A DNA stretch of 64,000 bases from NCBI RefSeq assembly GCF_009914755.1, contig NC_060935.1. The stretch is one strand, 5' to 3'. Below the pieces are notes generated by a model. It worked only from the letters and a program-made list of their open reading frames with translations. It did not search any database and had not been told where the DNA came from. Within the stretch, counting starts at the first letter, position 1. Every line of letters starts with the position of its first letter. Of this stretch, positions 1 to 16,093 are shown one piece after another. The DNA comes from the human T2T-CHM13v2.0 reference genome, Homo sapiens. A program made the translations under genes and the position numbers.

Positions 1-120
1 CTGAAGCTGCATAGTGGTGATGGTTTTACAACACTGTGAATGTACTAAATGCCACTAAATTGCACACTTTTAACTGGTTTAAGTGGTAAATTGTATGTGT
101 ATTTTACAACTTTTTTTAAA
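1..120 (+). mobile_element. Old L1M (L1MB/MC-like) 3' end
   Basis: atagtggtgatggtt..acaacactgtgaatgtactaaatgccact..ttgcacactttt is typical L1M 3'UTR. Confidence 0.8.
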
Positions 121-1374
121 AGCCCCATTCAACTTAAGGATGCTTCACCACTGCCCTTTCATCATTTTCCCAAGCTATCTCAAAGAAAAGAGTTTGCTTG
201 GGAGCACAATGGAAAAGATTAGCTCGAGAGAGTGGTAGAGCTGAGGGAAGGTTTTCCTGAGAATGGGCAGAAAAGAGCAGGTTTGGAAGGAAGGGAGCCA
301 GGGGAATGGAAAGTGACAGAGGAAGAGGGGAACAACACACTGTAGTCTCCCCTGCTGCACTTTGATGCAGCTCTGAAGGCTTCTTAAGGACCTGTGTTAC
401 CTGCTGGAAGGTTCTTGGGGCCACCGCAGCACAATCTCTTTGTTAGAAGGACCCTGAAGCAGTGGGGTGAACACAGATGGGCCCCTCCTCCCCTCCTTAG
501 ATGTGGCATGTATACTGTTGCTGTTCCTAAGGGAGAAATAATTGGACAGATAATTAATAATAATAATACCTCATGACTGCCTCTCTGGCAGGTGCTTAGC
601 TATAGCCCCAGGAGCTTGGTAGCTGAATAATCCTCTATTATAAATTGATTTCTCAGTGAATAGTATTATTGGTATTAATAATTAGAGCCAATTTACTATT
701 ACATACACTATTGAGGGGAGCAACAATGTGTGTAATCTGCAGCACAAGATGACTTTTTAAATGCTTTGCATTGTGTCACGGGTATTTGGCTGTCCTTCAA
801 TATATTTACTTTCTTGATTATGTCTGACTTGGGATAATTTGAAAGTCACTTTGCATTCCCAGAGGAGGGCCATGCAAGTATCACTCTCCTGGTTTCTTTC
901 CTTCCTGCAAACATGCTTAGCTCTCCCCATTCTAATAAATGTTGACCTTAAACTAAAAACCAGCTTTTAAAAATTCTATAAATAATATAATTGAGAGCAA
1001 GATATATTAGAATGATGGTAGCAGTAATTAATGAGTCTCAGTCTAATCTGCCTTAAAACATTTGGGCAATGTTTACTAGTCAATAACATTTAAATCTCCT
1101 TGATAGTCGTTCATCCAATAAACAAATTTTGAGGGCCATGTAGCGGGTGCAGAAGATACAGAAATAAATAAGATCATTGCTCTCAAGGAACCACTGCTCT
1201 AGCAGAGGAAACAGATGTAGAAACAAATCTTTCCTCTCAAATTTAATAAATATAAGGAAAAAGCAATCAACTCAGCCTGGAATCAAGGCCTTCAGTGAGG
1301 ATATACATGAGAGCTATCTAAAAATACTACCTCATGTAGCTATAAAATATTTGATTTTTTCCACTTAAGCATAT

Positions 1375-3690
1375 TTATTTATTTTTTATTTCATATAATT
1401 TCAACTTTTATTTTAGATTCAGGGGCAAATGTGCAGAATTGTTACATAGATATATTGTGTGATGCTGAGGTTTGGGGTATGAATGATCCCATCACCCATG
1501 TAGTGAGCATAGTACCCAATAGGTAGTTTTGCAACCCTTGCCCTCTTCAACCTCTCCCCTCTTTTAGCCTCCAGTGTCTATTATTGCCCTCTTTATGTCT
1601 ATGAGTACCCAATGTTTAGCACCCACTTATAAGTGAGAACACACAGTATTTGGTTTTCTGTTCCTTTGGATTATGGCATCCAGATGCATCCATGTTGCTG
1701 CCAAAGGCATTAGTTTGTTCTTTCTTTTTATGGCTGCATAGTATTCTATGGTGTATATGTACCACATTTTCTTTATCCAGTCCATCTTGGATGGACACCT
1801 GGGTTCATTCCATGTGTTTACTATTGTGAATAGTACTGCAATGAACATACAAGTACATGCGTCTTTTGGTAGAATGACTTATTTTCCTTAGAGTATATAT
1901 CTAGTAATGGGATTTCTGAGTTGAATGGTAGTTCTGTTTTAAGTTCTTTGAGAAATCTCCAAACTGCTTTCCACATTGGCTGGATTAATTTACATTCCTT
2001 CACAGTGTATAAGTGTTCTCTTTTACCTGCAGCTTCACCAGCTTCTGTCGTTTATGACGTTTTAATAATGGCCATTCTGACTGGTGTGAGATGGTATCTC
2101 ATTTTGGTTTTGATTTGCATTTCTCTGATGATCAGTGATGTTGAGCATTTTTTCATGTTTGTTAGCTGCCTGCATGTCTTCTTTGAGAAGTTCCCGTCTT
2201 TTGCCCACTCTTTAACGGGGTTATTTGTTTTTCGCTTGTTGAATTGCTTAAGTTCTGTATAGATTATGGGTATTAGATCTTTGACAGATGTGTAGTTTGT
2301 GAATATTTTCTCCCATTCTGTAGGGTTTCTGTTTCCTCTGATGATAGTTTCTTTTGCTGTGCAGAAACTCTTTAGTTTCATTAAATCCCACTTGTGAATT
2401 TTTGCTTCTGTTGCAATTACTTTTGAGGATTTCGTCGTAAGTTCTTTCCCAAGGCCAATGTCCACAGGGTCTTTCTGAGGTTTTCTTCTAGATTCTTGAA
2501 GTTTGAGGTCTTACATTTAAATCTTTAATTCATCTTTTCTTTTTTTTTTTTTTTTTGAGACAGAGTCTTGCACTGTTTCCCAGGCTGGAGTGCAGCGGCT
2601 GATCTCGGCTCACTGCAAGCTCCGCCTCCTGGGTTCATGCCATTCTCCTGGCTCAGCCTCCCAAGTAGTTGGGACTACAGGCACCCGCCACCACGCCTGG
2701 CTAATTTTTTATACTTTTAGTAGAGACAGGGTTTCACCGTGTTAGCCAGGATGGTCTCAATCTCCTCACCTCGTGATCCGCCTGCCTCGGCCTCCCAAAG
2801 CGCTGGGATTACAGGCATGAGCCACCACGCCCGGCCAATTCATCTTTTGTATATGATGAAAGCTAGGGGTTCAGTTTCATTCTTCTACATACATCCAGCC
2901 AGCTATACCAGCATTATTTATTGAATGGGGAGTCCCTTCCACATTGCCTATTTTTGTCATCTTTAATGAAGATCACGTGGCTGTAGGTATATGGCTTTAT
3001 TTCTGGGTTCTCTATCCTGTTCCAGTGACCTATGTGTCTGTTTTTGTAACAGTACCAAGCTGTTTCAGTTACTGTAGCCTTATAGTATAGTTTGAAGTTA
3101 GGCAATGTGATGCTTCTGGCTTTGTTCCTTTTGCTTAAGATTGCTTTGGCTATTTGGGCTATTTTTCTGGTTCCATATGAGTTTTAGAATAGTTTTTTCT
3201 AGTTCTGTCAAAAATGACATTGATAGTTTGATAGGAATGACATTGAATCTATAGATTGCTTTGGGCAGTATGGCCATTTTAATGATATCAATTCTTCCAA
3301 TCCATGAGCATGAAATGTTTTTTCATTTGTTTATGTCATCTACAATTTCTTTCAGCAGTGTTTTGTAACTTTTGTAGAAACCTTTCACCTCCTTGGTTAG
3401 ATGTACTCCCAGGTATTTGTGCATGTGTGTGTGGCTATTGTAAATGGGATCGTGTTCTTGATTTGGCTCTCGGCTTGAACATCATTTCTGTATAGAAATG
3501 CTACTGAGTTTTGTACATTGATTTTTGTATCCTGAAACTTTACTGAAGTCAGTTCCAGAAGCCTTCTGTCAGAGTCTTCAGGGTTTTCTAGGTAGCCAAT
3601 CATATCATCAGTGAAGAGATATTTTGAGTTCTTCTTTTCCTATTTGATGCCTTTTATTTCTTTCTCTTGATTTCTCTGGTTAGGACTTCC
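1375..3690 (-). mobile_element. 5'-truncated L1 (old L1PA/L1PB-like): ORF2 C-terminus and 3'UTR
   Basis: ORF2 peptides [40 protein letters not shown]; T-rich tail at ~1375. Confidence 0.93.
2539..2836 (-). mobile_element. AluY-like insertion in L1
   Basis: Full Alu with gcaagctccgcc/gccattctcc diagnostics; TSD AATTCATCTTTT at 2527-2538 and 2837-2848. Confidence 0.93.
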
Positions 3691-4359
3691 AAGATATTTT
3701 ATTCATGTATGTAGAGCCAACCCAATCAAAGATTATAATTAACCTATTTTTAGTGCACCTCAGACTTTACCTGTTTAAACTATTATTAACATTTTTTTAT
3801 TTATTATTATTACTTATATTGCACTATTATTGTCACCTTTATTGACATGTGCTAGCATCTTTCATCAACCTAAAGGAATTTCATAGCTGAAAAAGCCTAA
3901 CTGCTTATGCTGTGCTAGCAAATGTCTCAGGCCAAAGTTCATAAATAGGAGTTTCTGACCATCTGCAAGAAGACTGATGATCACACCCAGACTTCAGCTG
4001 TGGGCTAAAGCAGATCATCTGCTGGACTGTCAATGTCATTGTGGTGTGTGACACTTGGCCTTGGCTGATTTACTGCCTTTCTTTGTAATCAACCTATCTC
4101 TGCAGTACAGTCCAGACACTCTAGGTCCAGGGCACTGTTAATGCATTGGTGATTAAGACATTGGTAGGACAATAAATGAGCAGAATTTTCACCTCTCCCA
4201 GGTCTCTAGATAGATATCAGTGTGGTTCAGTATTCTACATATCTTATTCCCTCTGGCTGGGGGGATGTCTCTTAAATACCATCCCTGTGGAAGAGTAAAG
4301 AAGGAAAAGGCAATTGAATCCTAGGTTGGAACAGATACAGACCTTAAAGGTCATCTCAA

Positions 4360-4620
4360 CTCATCACTCATTCATTGATTTATTCATGCATCAATATTTA
4401 ATGAGTGCCTACTGTATGCCAGGCACTGTTCATGGTGCTAGGAACAAAACATTCCATGGCTGATCTATGGAATTTATAGTCTAGTAGGGGAGAAAGACAG
4501 GAAACAAGTAAACCAATAAACGAGACAATAACAGATCTGAATCAATGCAGAAATGAGAAGGTAGAGGGGTAGGATGGTGTGGGCATTGAGGTGGTAGGCA
4601 CTTCAGATAGGGTGGCAATG
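4360..4620 (-). mobile_element. L2 3' end
   Basis: ttcattcatt..atatttaatgagtgcctactgtatgccaggcactgtt motif. Confidence 0.8.
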
Positions 4621-4818
4621 CTAATTAGAACCAGGAGACTAATGCCAGATGTCACCAAATTAGGGCTGGGAGCTTTAGCTAGAGAAATGGAAAAAGTATA
4701 AAAATAAGAGTTTAGCTATAACACAAGGGTCCTATAACAAGACCCAAAAACAAGTCTGAGTCTGCAGAGAGGTTTGATCTAGCTTTCACTGGGCACACAA
4801 TTGTAGAGATTATTTAGC

Positions 4819-5208
4819 TGTTAGGGGCTAAATTTTGTCCCCCCAAATGCATATGTTACTAACACTGGTAACTCAGAATTTGAGATTGGGCCTTCAAAGA
4901 GCTGGTTAAGTTAAAATGAGGCCATTAAGATAGGCCTTAATCTAATCTGACTTGTGTCCTTATAAGAAGAGATTAAGACACACAAACAGACACCAGGAGT
5001 ACCCATGCACAGAGAGTTGACCATGTGAGGACATAGTGAGAAGATGCCCATCTATAAGCCAAGGAGAGAGGCCTCAGAAGAAACTAAATCCTCTGACACC
5101 TTGATCTTGGAGTTCCAGCCTCCAGAACTGTAGAAAAATTAATTTCTGTTGCTTAAACCACCCAGCCTATTATGGTATTGTGTTATGGCAGCCCTAGCAA
5201 ACTAATGT
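4819..5208 (+). mobile_element. MaLR solo LTR (MLT1A/B-like)
   Basis: accttgatcttggagttccagcctccagaactg ... ttatggcagccctagcaaactaat. Confidence 0.88.
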
Positions 5209-5290
5209 ACTAGCCCAGGATCACTTGTATCAAATACTTTTTTATTCTTTTTTTATTTTAATTTTTACCTTCAACCAACTTACACTATCA

Positions 5291-6055
<765 letters not shown>

Positions 6056-6235
6056 AAGAGAGAGAGAGAGAAAGACAGGAAGGCAGGTAGGCAGGCAGGC
6101 AGGCAGGCTGGCAGGCAGGCAGGCAGGCAAGAAGGAAGGAAGGAAGGAAGAAAGGAAGGAAGGAGAAGAGAGAAAGGAAGGGAGAGAGGGAGGAAGAAAG
6201 GAAGGAAGGAAGGAAGGAAAGAAAGAAGGAAGGAA
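6056..6235 (+). repeat. Compound purine-rich microsatellite (GA)n(GGCA)n(GGAA)n from an Alu tail
   Basis: Directly visible. Confidence 0.95.
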
Positions 6236-7660
6236 ATATTGTTCATTTTACAGATGAGAAAACTGGGGCCAAAAGAAGGAAAACAATATGTGGAGTAGGA
6301 CCTGCAAGCCAAGCTTCCTAACACAGAGCTTGCTGCTCTTCCCACTGCCCCAGCTGCCCCAGCAGGCCTGGGAAGCATGCTGTTGAGTCAGAGCTGGACT
6401 CACAGCAGAGACTGCCCAGCAATGCTGACTAGGCAATTGGCTGTAGTAGCTCCAGTAAACTCTCTCACTGGAACTGAGATTGAGGGTGTGTGGGCATGGT
6501 GGGTAATGGAGATCTACAGAAAGTAGGGCACGGAGCTTCTGATCACTCAACGACGCTGAAGGCTATGCCCTTTGCTAACACAGCCCGGCTCATGGACTCA
6601 ACAATTCCATAATGAGGTCGCATTACAGCTTCTAAACTCTGCTTGCTGTAGGGGAAGCCTATTTCTTCTTATTTTCTCTGACTGGGAAAGAAAAATAATT
6701 GACGACTAATGTGGTCAATAATAACTCTTCATATAATTAAAGGTATTGACTGATAAAAATTCAATTTTTTCCTTGAGCAGACAACCACTTTCTGCAGCCT
6801 TTTAGCAACACCCATTTCTTGACCCTTTTATCAATTTTGTTGTTTTCATAGTTTTTCAAATGAGTTCCACATTATGGAACCCCAAACTAGCCATAATTTA
6901 CATTTAATACATTATTATTGAATAATTACATGAATAAAAGAAGGAATGGTTCTCCTTTTGTTCTCTCCTTCCTTCTAGGCTATGAGTTTCTGTGGTTTTA
7001 AAATACATATATGTAACAACAAAAAAAAACTCCTGACTTTACTCATAGAAAATCAGTCGGGCAAAATGTTAGCTTATGAGAAAAACAGATAGATTGTGTC
7101 AATTTTAATGTAATTACCAGCTTGTACTGACCTGGTCTCTCACAGTCTTATCTGGTTCTTTAGATATTGTGTTCATTTTCTGTCTTCTGATTATGTTGTC
7201 TTTTAGCTCAATCTTGTTTTTATCACCTTTTATTTTAAAGCAATTTAAAAAAAAAATAATGAGTTGTCATGGAAAACCTCAGTTCAGCTATTTACGTAGC
7301 TGTACCAGGGGCTCACAGAGAGGGAGTAAAGGATCTTTGGGGACATGAATAGATCTCAGGCACATTAAAATAGCTATGTAAATAAGGAAGGGTCTGAATG
7401 AGATCAGACTGGACTTATGTTTTAATAACTTACCAAGACATAAACGGATTCTGTTGCTCTCCTGCTCAAATATGTGTGTATGTACACATATATGTGTATA
7501 GATACACACATACATGTATAGCTTAACATGGATTTTGGCATAGCAATTGGTAGCAATTGATTATGAGAAGGAGGGGAAGAAGAGATGATTTTCCAAGCAG
7601 CCAGAGCATGCTTTCAAGGATAATGGAAAAATGTGTTAATGGACTTGTCTGTATGGGGGG

Positions 7661-8211
7661 AAATGCTTGATGAAGGGGCATTTTCATGGGCCCTGAACTG
7701 TACAGGACTTTAGGGGTGCACTTATCTAAATGCCTGGCCCTTAGGGTCGAGATAGCTGGTGGCTAATATAATCCAACAGTCCATCAAACATCAGTTCAGT
7801 CCAGCTGACTGGCTGGGTCTGTTATCAGCAGTGCCAATCACAAGAACCTGGTCATAGAATCTCAAAGTTGGACAGAGCGCTAGAAACCACTGCAACCACT
7901 CTTCCACCCAGACACAGTAACAGTACTACCTCATAAGGCTGTCATGAGAATGAAATGGGTTAATATTTGCTGAATACTTACAATAGTGTCTGATGCATAA
8001 TAAGACCTTTGTGAGGTCAGTTAAATAAACACTGTTTGCTGAGCACCTGCCAACCATGGGCACTAGTCAAGGTGCTGTACCCACAGTCATATCATTTAAC
8101 CCTCTCTCCAGCCCAGCTGTCCTGATCCTAAGGGCCAGGCAGTTAGATGGGTATACCCCTAAAGTCCTATACAACTCAGGGCCCCTGAAAATGCCCCCTC
8201 ATCCAGCATTT
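7661..8211. repeat. Old inverted repeat, arms 7661-7759 and 8113-8211
   Basis: Ungapped 99-nt alignment with about 15 mismatches (hand count). Confidence 0.9.
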
Positions 8212-8859
8212 TCCCTACATATGGAAACAAACACCATTGTTTGAAAAAAGTAAAAAACCTTCTTTACACTGAGCTGAAATTTGCCTCCAGTGATTTCTTC
8301 TTGGACTACACCGAATAAGTTTCTTGCTCTTCCACTCCATAAGCCTACAAAATACTGGAGAACAGCTGTCAGGAGAGATAACAAACCCGAAGCCTGGAAA
8401 TCACTCATCAAACCAGTTTTCTTCCTTTTAAGTGACAAATATGTGGGTTGGGTCAAAACTGGAAGAGAAGATCTGCTGCCAGGCCACAGTGCCCTTTGGT
8501 TTTTGCTTTCCAGATGCTCGGGAGCCATTCTGCAGGCAAGCAGACCTATTTGCAGGGACGGGCAATTGTTGCTGTGGTGCAATGAAGCAAGTGGGGCTGG
8601 GAAAGAATCCTTAAGAAGATGGTTCCTGCCAGATTTCTTTCTGCCAGTGCCACAAACTTTAATTAAAGCGAGCCCTCAGGCTGCACCAGGGACTACAGGT
8701 GCTGTGATGTTGGTGTCCAATGGGGTCAACAGAAAGAACTGCTAACTGTGAGTGAGGCAGCAGCCAAGATGCAAGCACCAGCCAACATGCAAAGAGAAAA
8801 GAGAAAATGAACCTGTGTTCCCTTCCGATAAGACAGTATTTACAAACCGGAGATCTGGA

Positions 8860-9714
<855 letters not shown>

Positions 9715-9830
9715 GTAATCTCATTTTATAAATGAAGAAACTGAGGTTTAGAAAATTAACTCACTTGCCCAAGGTCACCAAGTTATAGACCGAGGAATGA
9801 AAATTTGATGTATCTGAGGTCCTCTTTTCA
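9715..9830 (-). mobile_element. MIR
   Basis: cattttataaatgaagaaactgaggtttaga..acttgcccaaggtcac. Confidence 0.8.
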
Positions 9831-10369
9831 CCCACTCCAGTAACAAACAAGAAAGCTCACAGCCCAGGGAAATCAGCCCCACCTGGTACAGAGGTGAGGG
9901 TGTGGAAAAGACAGGAGAGATAAACAGGAAACAGCATAGCACTAGGGTGGAACCAGGACAGGCAATGAATAGGAGACCAGAATAAAGCATGATTAAAAGA
10001 ACTCTGTGCAGGCCAGGGAGTGGGAGGTGGGAAGAAGGTGTCAAGTTCATTGGACTGGTTGGAACCATCAAAAAAGGTTACTTGCACAGTATGCTGTGCA
10101 GATAGCCCATAGCTTGTTCCAGGAAGAAAGCCCTCCAAAGCCTCAACCTTCCTAACTCCTTAATCCAGGCAGGGAAGTGGTCCACATCAATTCAGTCTCC
10201 ATCCCCAAAATACCCACAACCCTCATCTATAGTACCTGTTGCCCAAGAGTCCTTTAATAAGGTAAAGAAACTTTTATTCTGCTATCTGAGAAAACTGTAA
10301 AGCAGATCTGCTTAAAAAGCAGACACTCTGGGGAAAGCAACACACTGACTTTAAGACTGTGCTCTTTCT

Positions 10370-12222
10370 TAAAAAATTTCAACTTTTATCTTAGATCCAA
10401 GGGGTACATATGCAGGTCTGCACAGATACATTGCATGATGCTGGGGTTTAGGGTAAGAATGACTCTGTCACCCAGGTGGTGAGCATAGTACCAAACAGGT
10501 AGCTTTTCCAGCCCACACCGCCCTCCCTCCCTGCTCTAGTAGCCCCCAGTGTCTGTTGTTCCCATCTTTATATGGGAACACCGAAACTTATTCGGTGTAG
10601 TCCAAGAAGAAATCACTGGAGGCAAATTTCAGCTCAGTGTAAAGAAAGTTTTTTACTTTTTTCAAACAATGGTGTTTGTTTCCATATGCAGGGAAAATGC
10701 TGGATGAGGGGGCATTTTCAGGGGCCCTGAGTTGTATAGGACTTTAGGGGTATACCCTTCTAACTGCCTGGCCCTTAGGATCAGGACATCTGGGCTGGAG
10801 AGAGGGTTAAATGATATGACTGTGGGTACAGCACCTTGACTAGTGCCCATGGTTGGCAGGTGCTCAGCAAACAGTGGTTATGTTTATGTTCAATGTTTAT
10901 ATGTTCAATGTTTAGCTCCCACTTATAAGTGAGAACATGCTGTATTTGGTTTTCTGCATTAATTCACTTAGGATTATGCCCTCCAGCTCCATCCATTTTG
11001 CTGCAAAGGACATGATTTTTTTTATGGCAACATAGTATTCCATGGTATATATGTACCATATTTTCTTTATCCAATCCACTGTTGATGGGCACCTAGGTTG
11101 AGCCCATGTGTTTCCTATTGTGAATAATGCTTCAATAAACATATGAGTGTGTGCGTCTTTTTGGTAGGATAATTTATTTTCCTTTGGGTATATACCCAGT
11201 GATGGGATTGCTGGATCAAATGGTAGCTCTGTTTCAGGTTCTTTAAGTGGTGCTACTCATATACAGAAGAATGAAACTAGACTCCTACTTTTCACCATAT
11301 ACAAAAATTATCTCAAGATGGATTAAAGATTTAAATGTAGGACCTAAAACTAGAAAAATCCTAAAAGAAAATCTAGGAAATACCCTTATTGACATTAGCC
11401 TTGGCAAAGAATTTTTGGTGAAGTCCCCAAAAGCAATTGCAACAACAAAAATTGATATATGGGATTTAATTAAATGAAAGAGCTTCAGCACAGAAAAAGG
11501 AACTATCAACTGAATAAACAGATAATTTACAGAATGGAAGAAAATATTCGCAAACTATACATCTGACAAAGGTGTAATATCCAGAATTTATAAGGAACTT
11601 AAACAAATAAGCAAGCAAAAAACAAATAACCCCACTGGGAAATGGGCAAAGGGCTGGGTGCAATGACTCATGCCTTTAATCCCAACACTTTGGGAGGCCA
11701 AGGCAGGAGGATCGATTCAGGCGAGAAGTTTGAGACAAACCTGGGCAACATAAGGAGACCTTGTCTCTACAAAACACTGGGGCATGGTGGCGCATGCCTG
11801 TGGTCCCTGCTACTCAGGAAGCTGAGGTGGGAGGAACAGTTAAGCTCAGGAGGTCAAGGCTGTAAGTGAGTCATGATTGCACCACTGCACTCCAGCCTGG
11901 GAAATGGAGTGAGACCCTGTCTCAAAAAAAAAAAAAAAAACAAAAAAAAAAAAAAAAAAAAAAAACAGGCAAAGGAAATGAGCAGACACTTCTCAAAAGA
12001 AGGCATACAAGTGATCAACGAACATGAAAAAATGCTCATCATCACTAATCATCAGAGAAATGCAAATCAAAACCACAATGAGACCATTTCACACTAGTCA
12101 GAATGGCTATTACTAAGAAGTCAGAAAATAACAGAAGCTGACAAGACTGCAGAGACAAGGGAACATTTATATACTGTTCGTAGGAATGTAAATCAGTTCA
12201 GCCACCATGGAAAGTAGTTCGA
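10370..12222. mobile_element. 5'-inverted (twin-primed) L1: 3' part on minus 10370-11245, upstream ORF2 part on plus 11250-12222
   Basis: Minus arm ends at ..AAAGAACC and plus arm ends at GGAAAGTAGTT, nearly adjacent positions in the L1 consensus. Confidence 0.88.
11651..11966 (+). mobile_element. AluJ-like insertion in L1
   Basis: Alu body, long A tail, GGCAAAGG on both flanks. Confidence 0.9.
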
Positions 12223-12292
12223 ATACTATACTATTAGACTCTAAGTACATAGGTGTTTATTGGTGAAACACCAGCCCCTAGCTTTACCCTTA

Positions 12293-12643
<351 letters not shown>

Positions 12644-12669
12644 TTAATGGATACCAAACTATTGTCTGA

Positions 12670-12985
<316 letters not shown>

Positions 12986-13232
12986 TGAGAACAGGTTTTC
13001 TAGTGTCTGACACTAAGTGTTCAATAAATGTGGAAATTAAATGATATTGTTACAGAAAGAGCACCTTGTGAAGGCAAAGGAGATCAAATCAGCCAATTTT
13101 GCAATTTTGTTGAACCAGTTTTATTATAATTGCTCTTTACTGTTTGTGTAAGACTTGATATCTCTGGTTTGCAATTTTGTAGGAAAAGAAAAAAGAGTGA
13201 TCAGAAGGAAATGGTACACTTGATTAAAACTA

Positions 13233-13484
<252 letters not shown>

Positions 13485-13584
13485 TCACCAAAGATTTCCA
13501 GAACTAATTAATAAAGAACAGTTTTAATAGATTATATAGATCAAATAGGCCTGGCATATTGTGGGGCTTAATAAATGTCTGATA

Positions 13585-14059
13585 TATAAACTGAACAGTT
13601 TTAAATAAATATATAAGTATATGCATATATATATTAACTGAACAGTTAATATATATAACTGTTCAGTATATATATATTAACTGAAGAGTTAATATAACTG
13701 ATATGTTAACTGAACAGTTCTGAATAAATATATGTATATACATACATACATCAAATATATATGTATATACATGTGTGTATATATATGTGTATATATACAC
13801 ACACGTATATATGTGTATATATACCTATATGTATATATGTGTGTATACATGTATATTTATACATATATACACACATATATAAACATATAGGTATATATAC
13901 ATATATACACATGTATACTTGTGTGTATATATACACACCTATATACCTATATACCTATAGGTGTATATATATACACACATCAAATATATATGTATATACA
14001 TATATATTTGATGTGTGTGTGTATATATATGTGTGTGTGTGTATATATATATGTGTGTG

Positions 14060-14109
<50 letters not shown>

Positions 14110-14115
14110 CCTATG
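13585..14115. repeat. AACTGAACAGTT quasi-palindromic array followed by (TA/CA/TG)n low-complexity tract
   Basis: Directly visible. Confidence 0.93.
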
Positions 14116-14883
14116 TAAGAAACTGAACTTTAAAAGAGAATTTTCAAGCAAAGTTTGCCTTAGGACATAGGTCAGGCTGGTCATCCACCTTTGGGTTGGT
14201 GCATTATTTTGGTGCAGTTGAAGAATTTACTTTAGTCCGAGCTGAGAAGCAGATTGATAAGTACTTGCATTGCTCTATTTGGGGCCCTCATCCCTTGTTT
14301 TAACCGTTATCTTCCTTGTTTCTCCCGTGTTTCCTTTTCCTTTTATTCTTTTGAATCTATAACACTGCCACAATGATTTTTCTGTTTATATGCACAAGAT
14401 GTGTATTAATGACAAGGAGCATTCACTTAACAACGAAACTTTTCTCAAAGGAACTATCTTTGGTTATGGTTCATTTCTCATGGACGCTCCAAGGTTCTTC
14501 AATTTTCTTTTATCAGAGAAGCATTTCCCCAGGTCGCATTTCTGATCCTGAGAATTGCTAGACCTGTATAAGTGATTTGAGATCAAGTTGGAAATTAGGC
14601 ATCTAAAACTGCAATATTTCCTATTGGTTCCAAAGGAATGTTGTGAACCAGAAGAAAAATTAAAAAATAAAATAAAAAATAAAAATAAAACTGCAATATT
14701 TCCTTAATGTCTCAATATAGTAACACCTCAGCCACATCAAATGTTGGAGGATGGGTAAAAATAATGAGCAAGTAAATAATTAAGGAAAATGGTGGGTAAA
14801 AGAGAAGTGTTTTGCTGGCATTGCCACAAATAAAATATTTCTTATCATTGAAATTTAAATGTAGTGGAAACTCTGCTCCTAAA

Positions 14884-15490
<607 letters not shown>

Positions 15491-16093
15491 TAAAACATTT
15501 TAATATTTTAAATATTTTCCCACTTTAATGGGAGTCCATTTTACATAACTTAATCTTTGCTTGATTACTCAGTCATATTTTTCTGCACCATAAAATAAAA
15601 ATATGTTTAGAGGTTTTTGAAGCAGTTTATTCCCTACGTTAAAGACTCTGGATTGACAGGCATTGAGTTTGGATGTCTTCTAGATGTATTAGATTATGTC
15701 TTCTCCTTCAGTATTAAATTATTGGCAATCACAGCTGCCACTGCCAGCACAGGTTGCTTCTAATCGTCAGTTGGCTAAGAAATCAGCCATTCAGTCCAGT
15801 TAAAATTATGTCTAAAATAAGAGTAAATCCATTCTAAGTGAAAACTCATGAAGCTCTAGTATAAGGAACAGTGCATGTGATGTGAGGCCATCTGTTTTAT
15901 TTGCTCAGTACTTGATTTTCCTTCAGAGGCTTTTTGTTGATGGTATTTTTTGGTGGGGTGGGACAGATTTTATTTTATTTTTTGGCTATCTTCTAGGTTA
16001 TCTATTTTGTTTCCGCTAGTTAAGGCTGCTACCTAAATGATTCCTGATTACTCTTTGATCTCAAGAGCTAGTCCCAAGGCTCTTTGTGTCTTT

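Noticed and set aside
7661-8211. Conserved RNA hairpin between the old inverted arms
   Set aside because: Transitions split about evenly between plus-strand and minus-strand G-U compatibility, consistent with neutral decay.
13751-14184. Tyr/Ile/Cys/His-rich ORFs (also 5972-6378, 23643-23843, 55268-55599)
   Set aside because: Translations of microsatellites.
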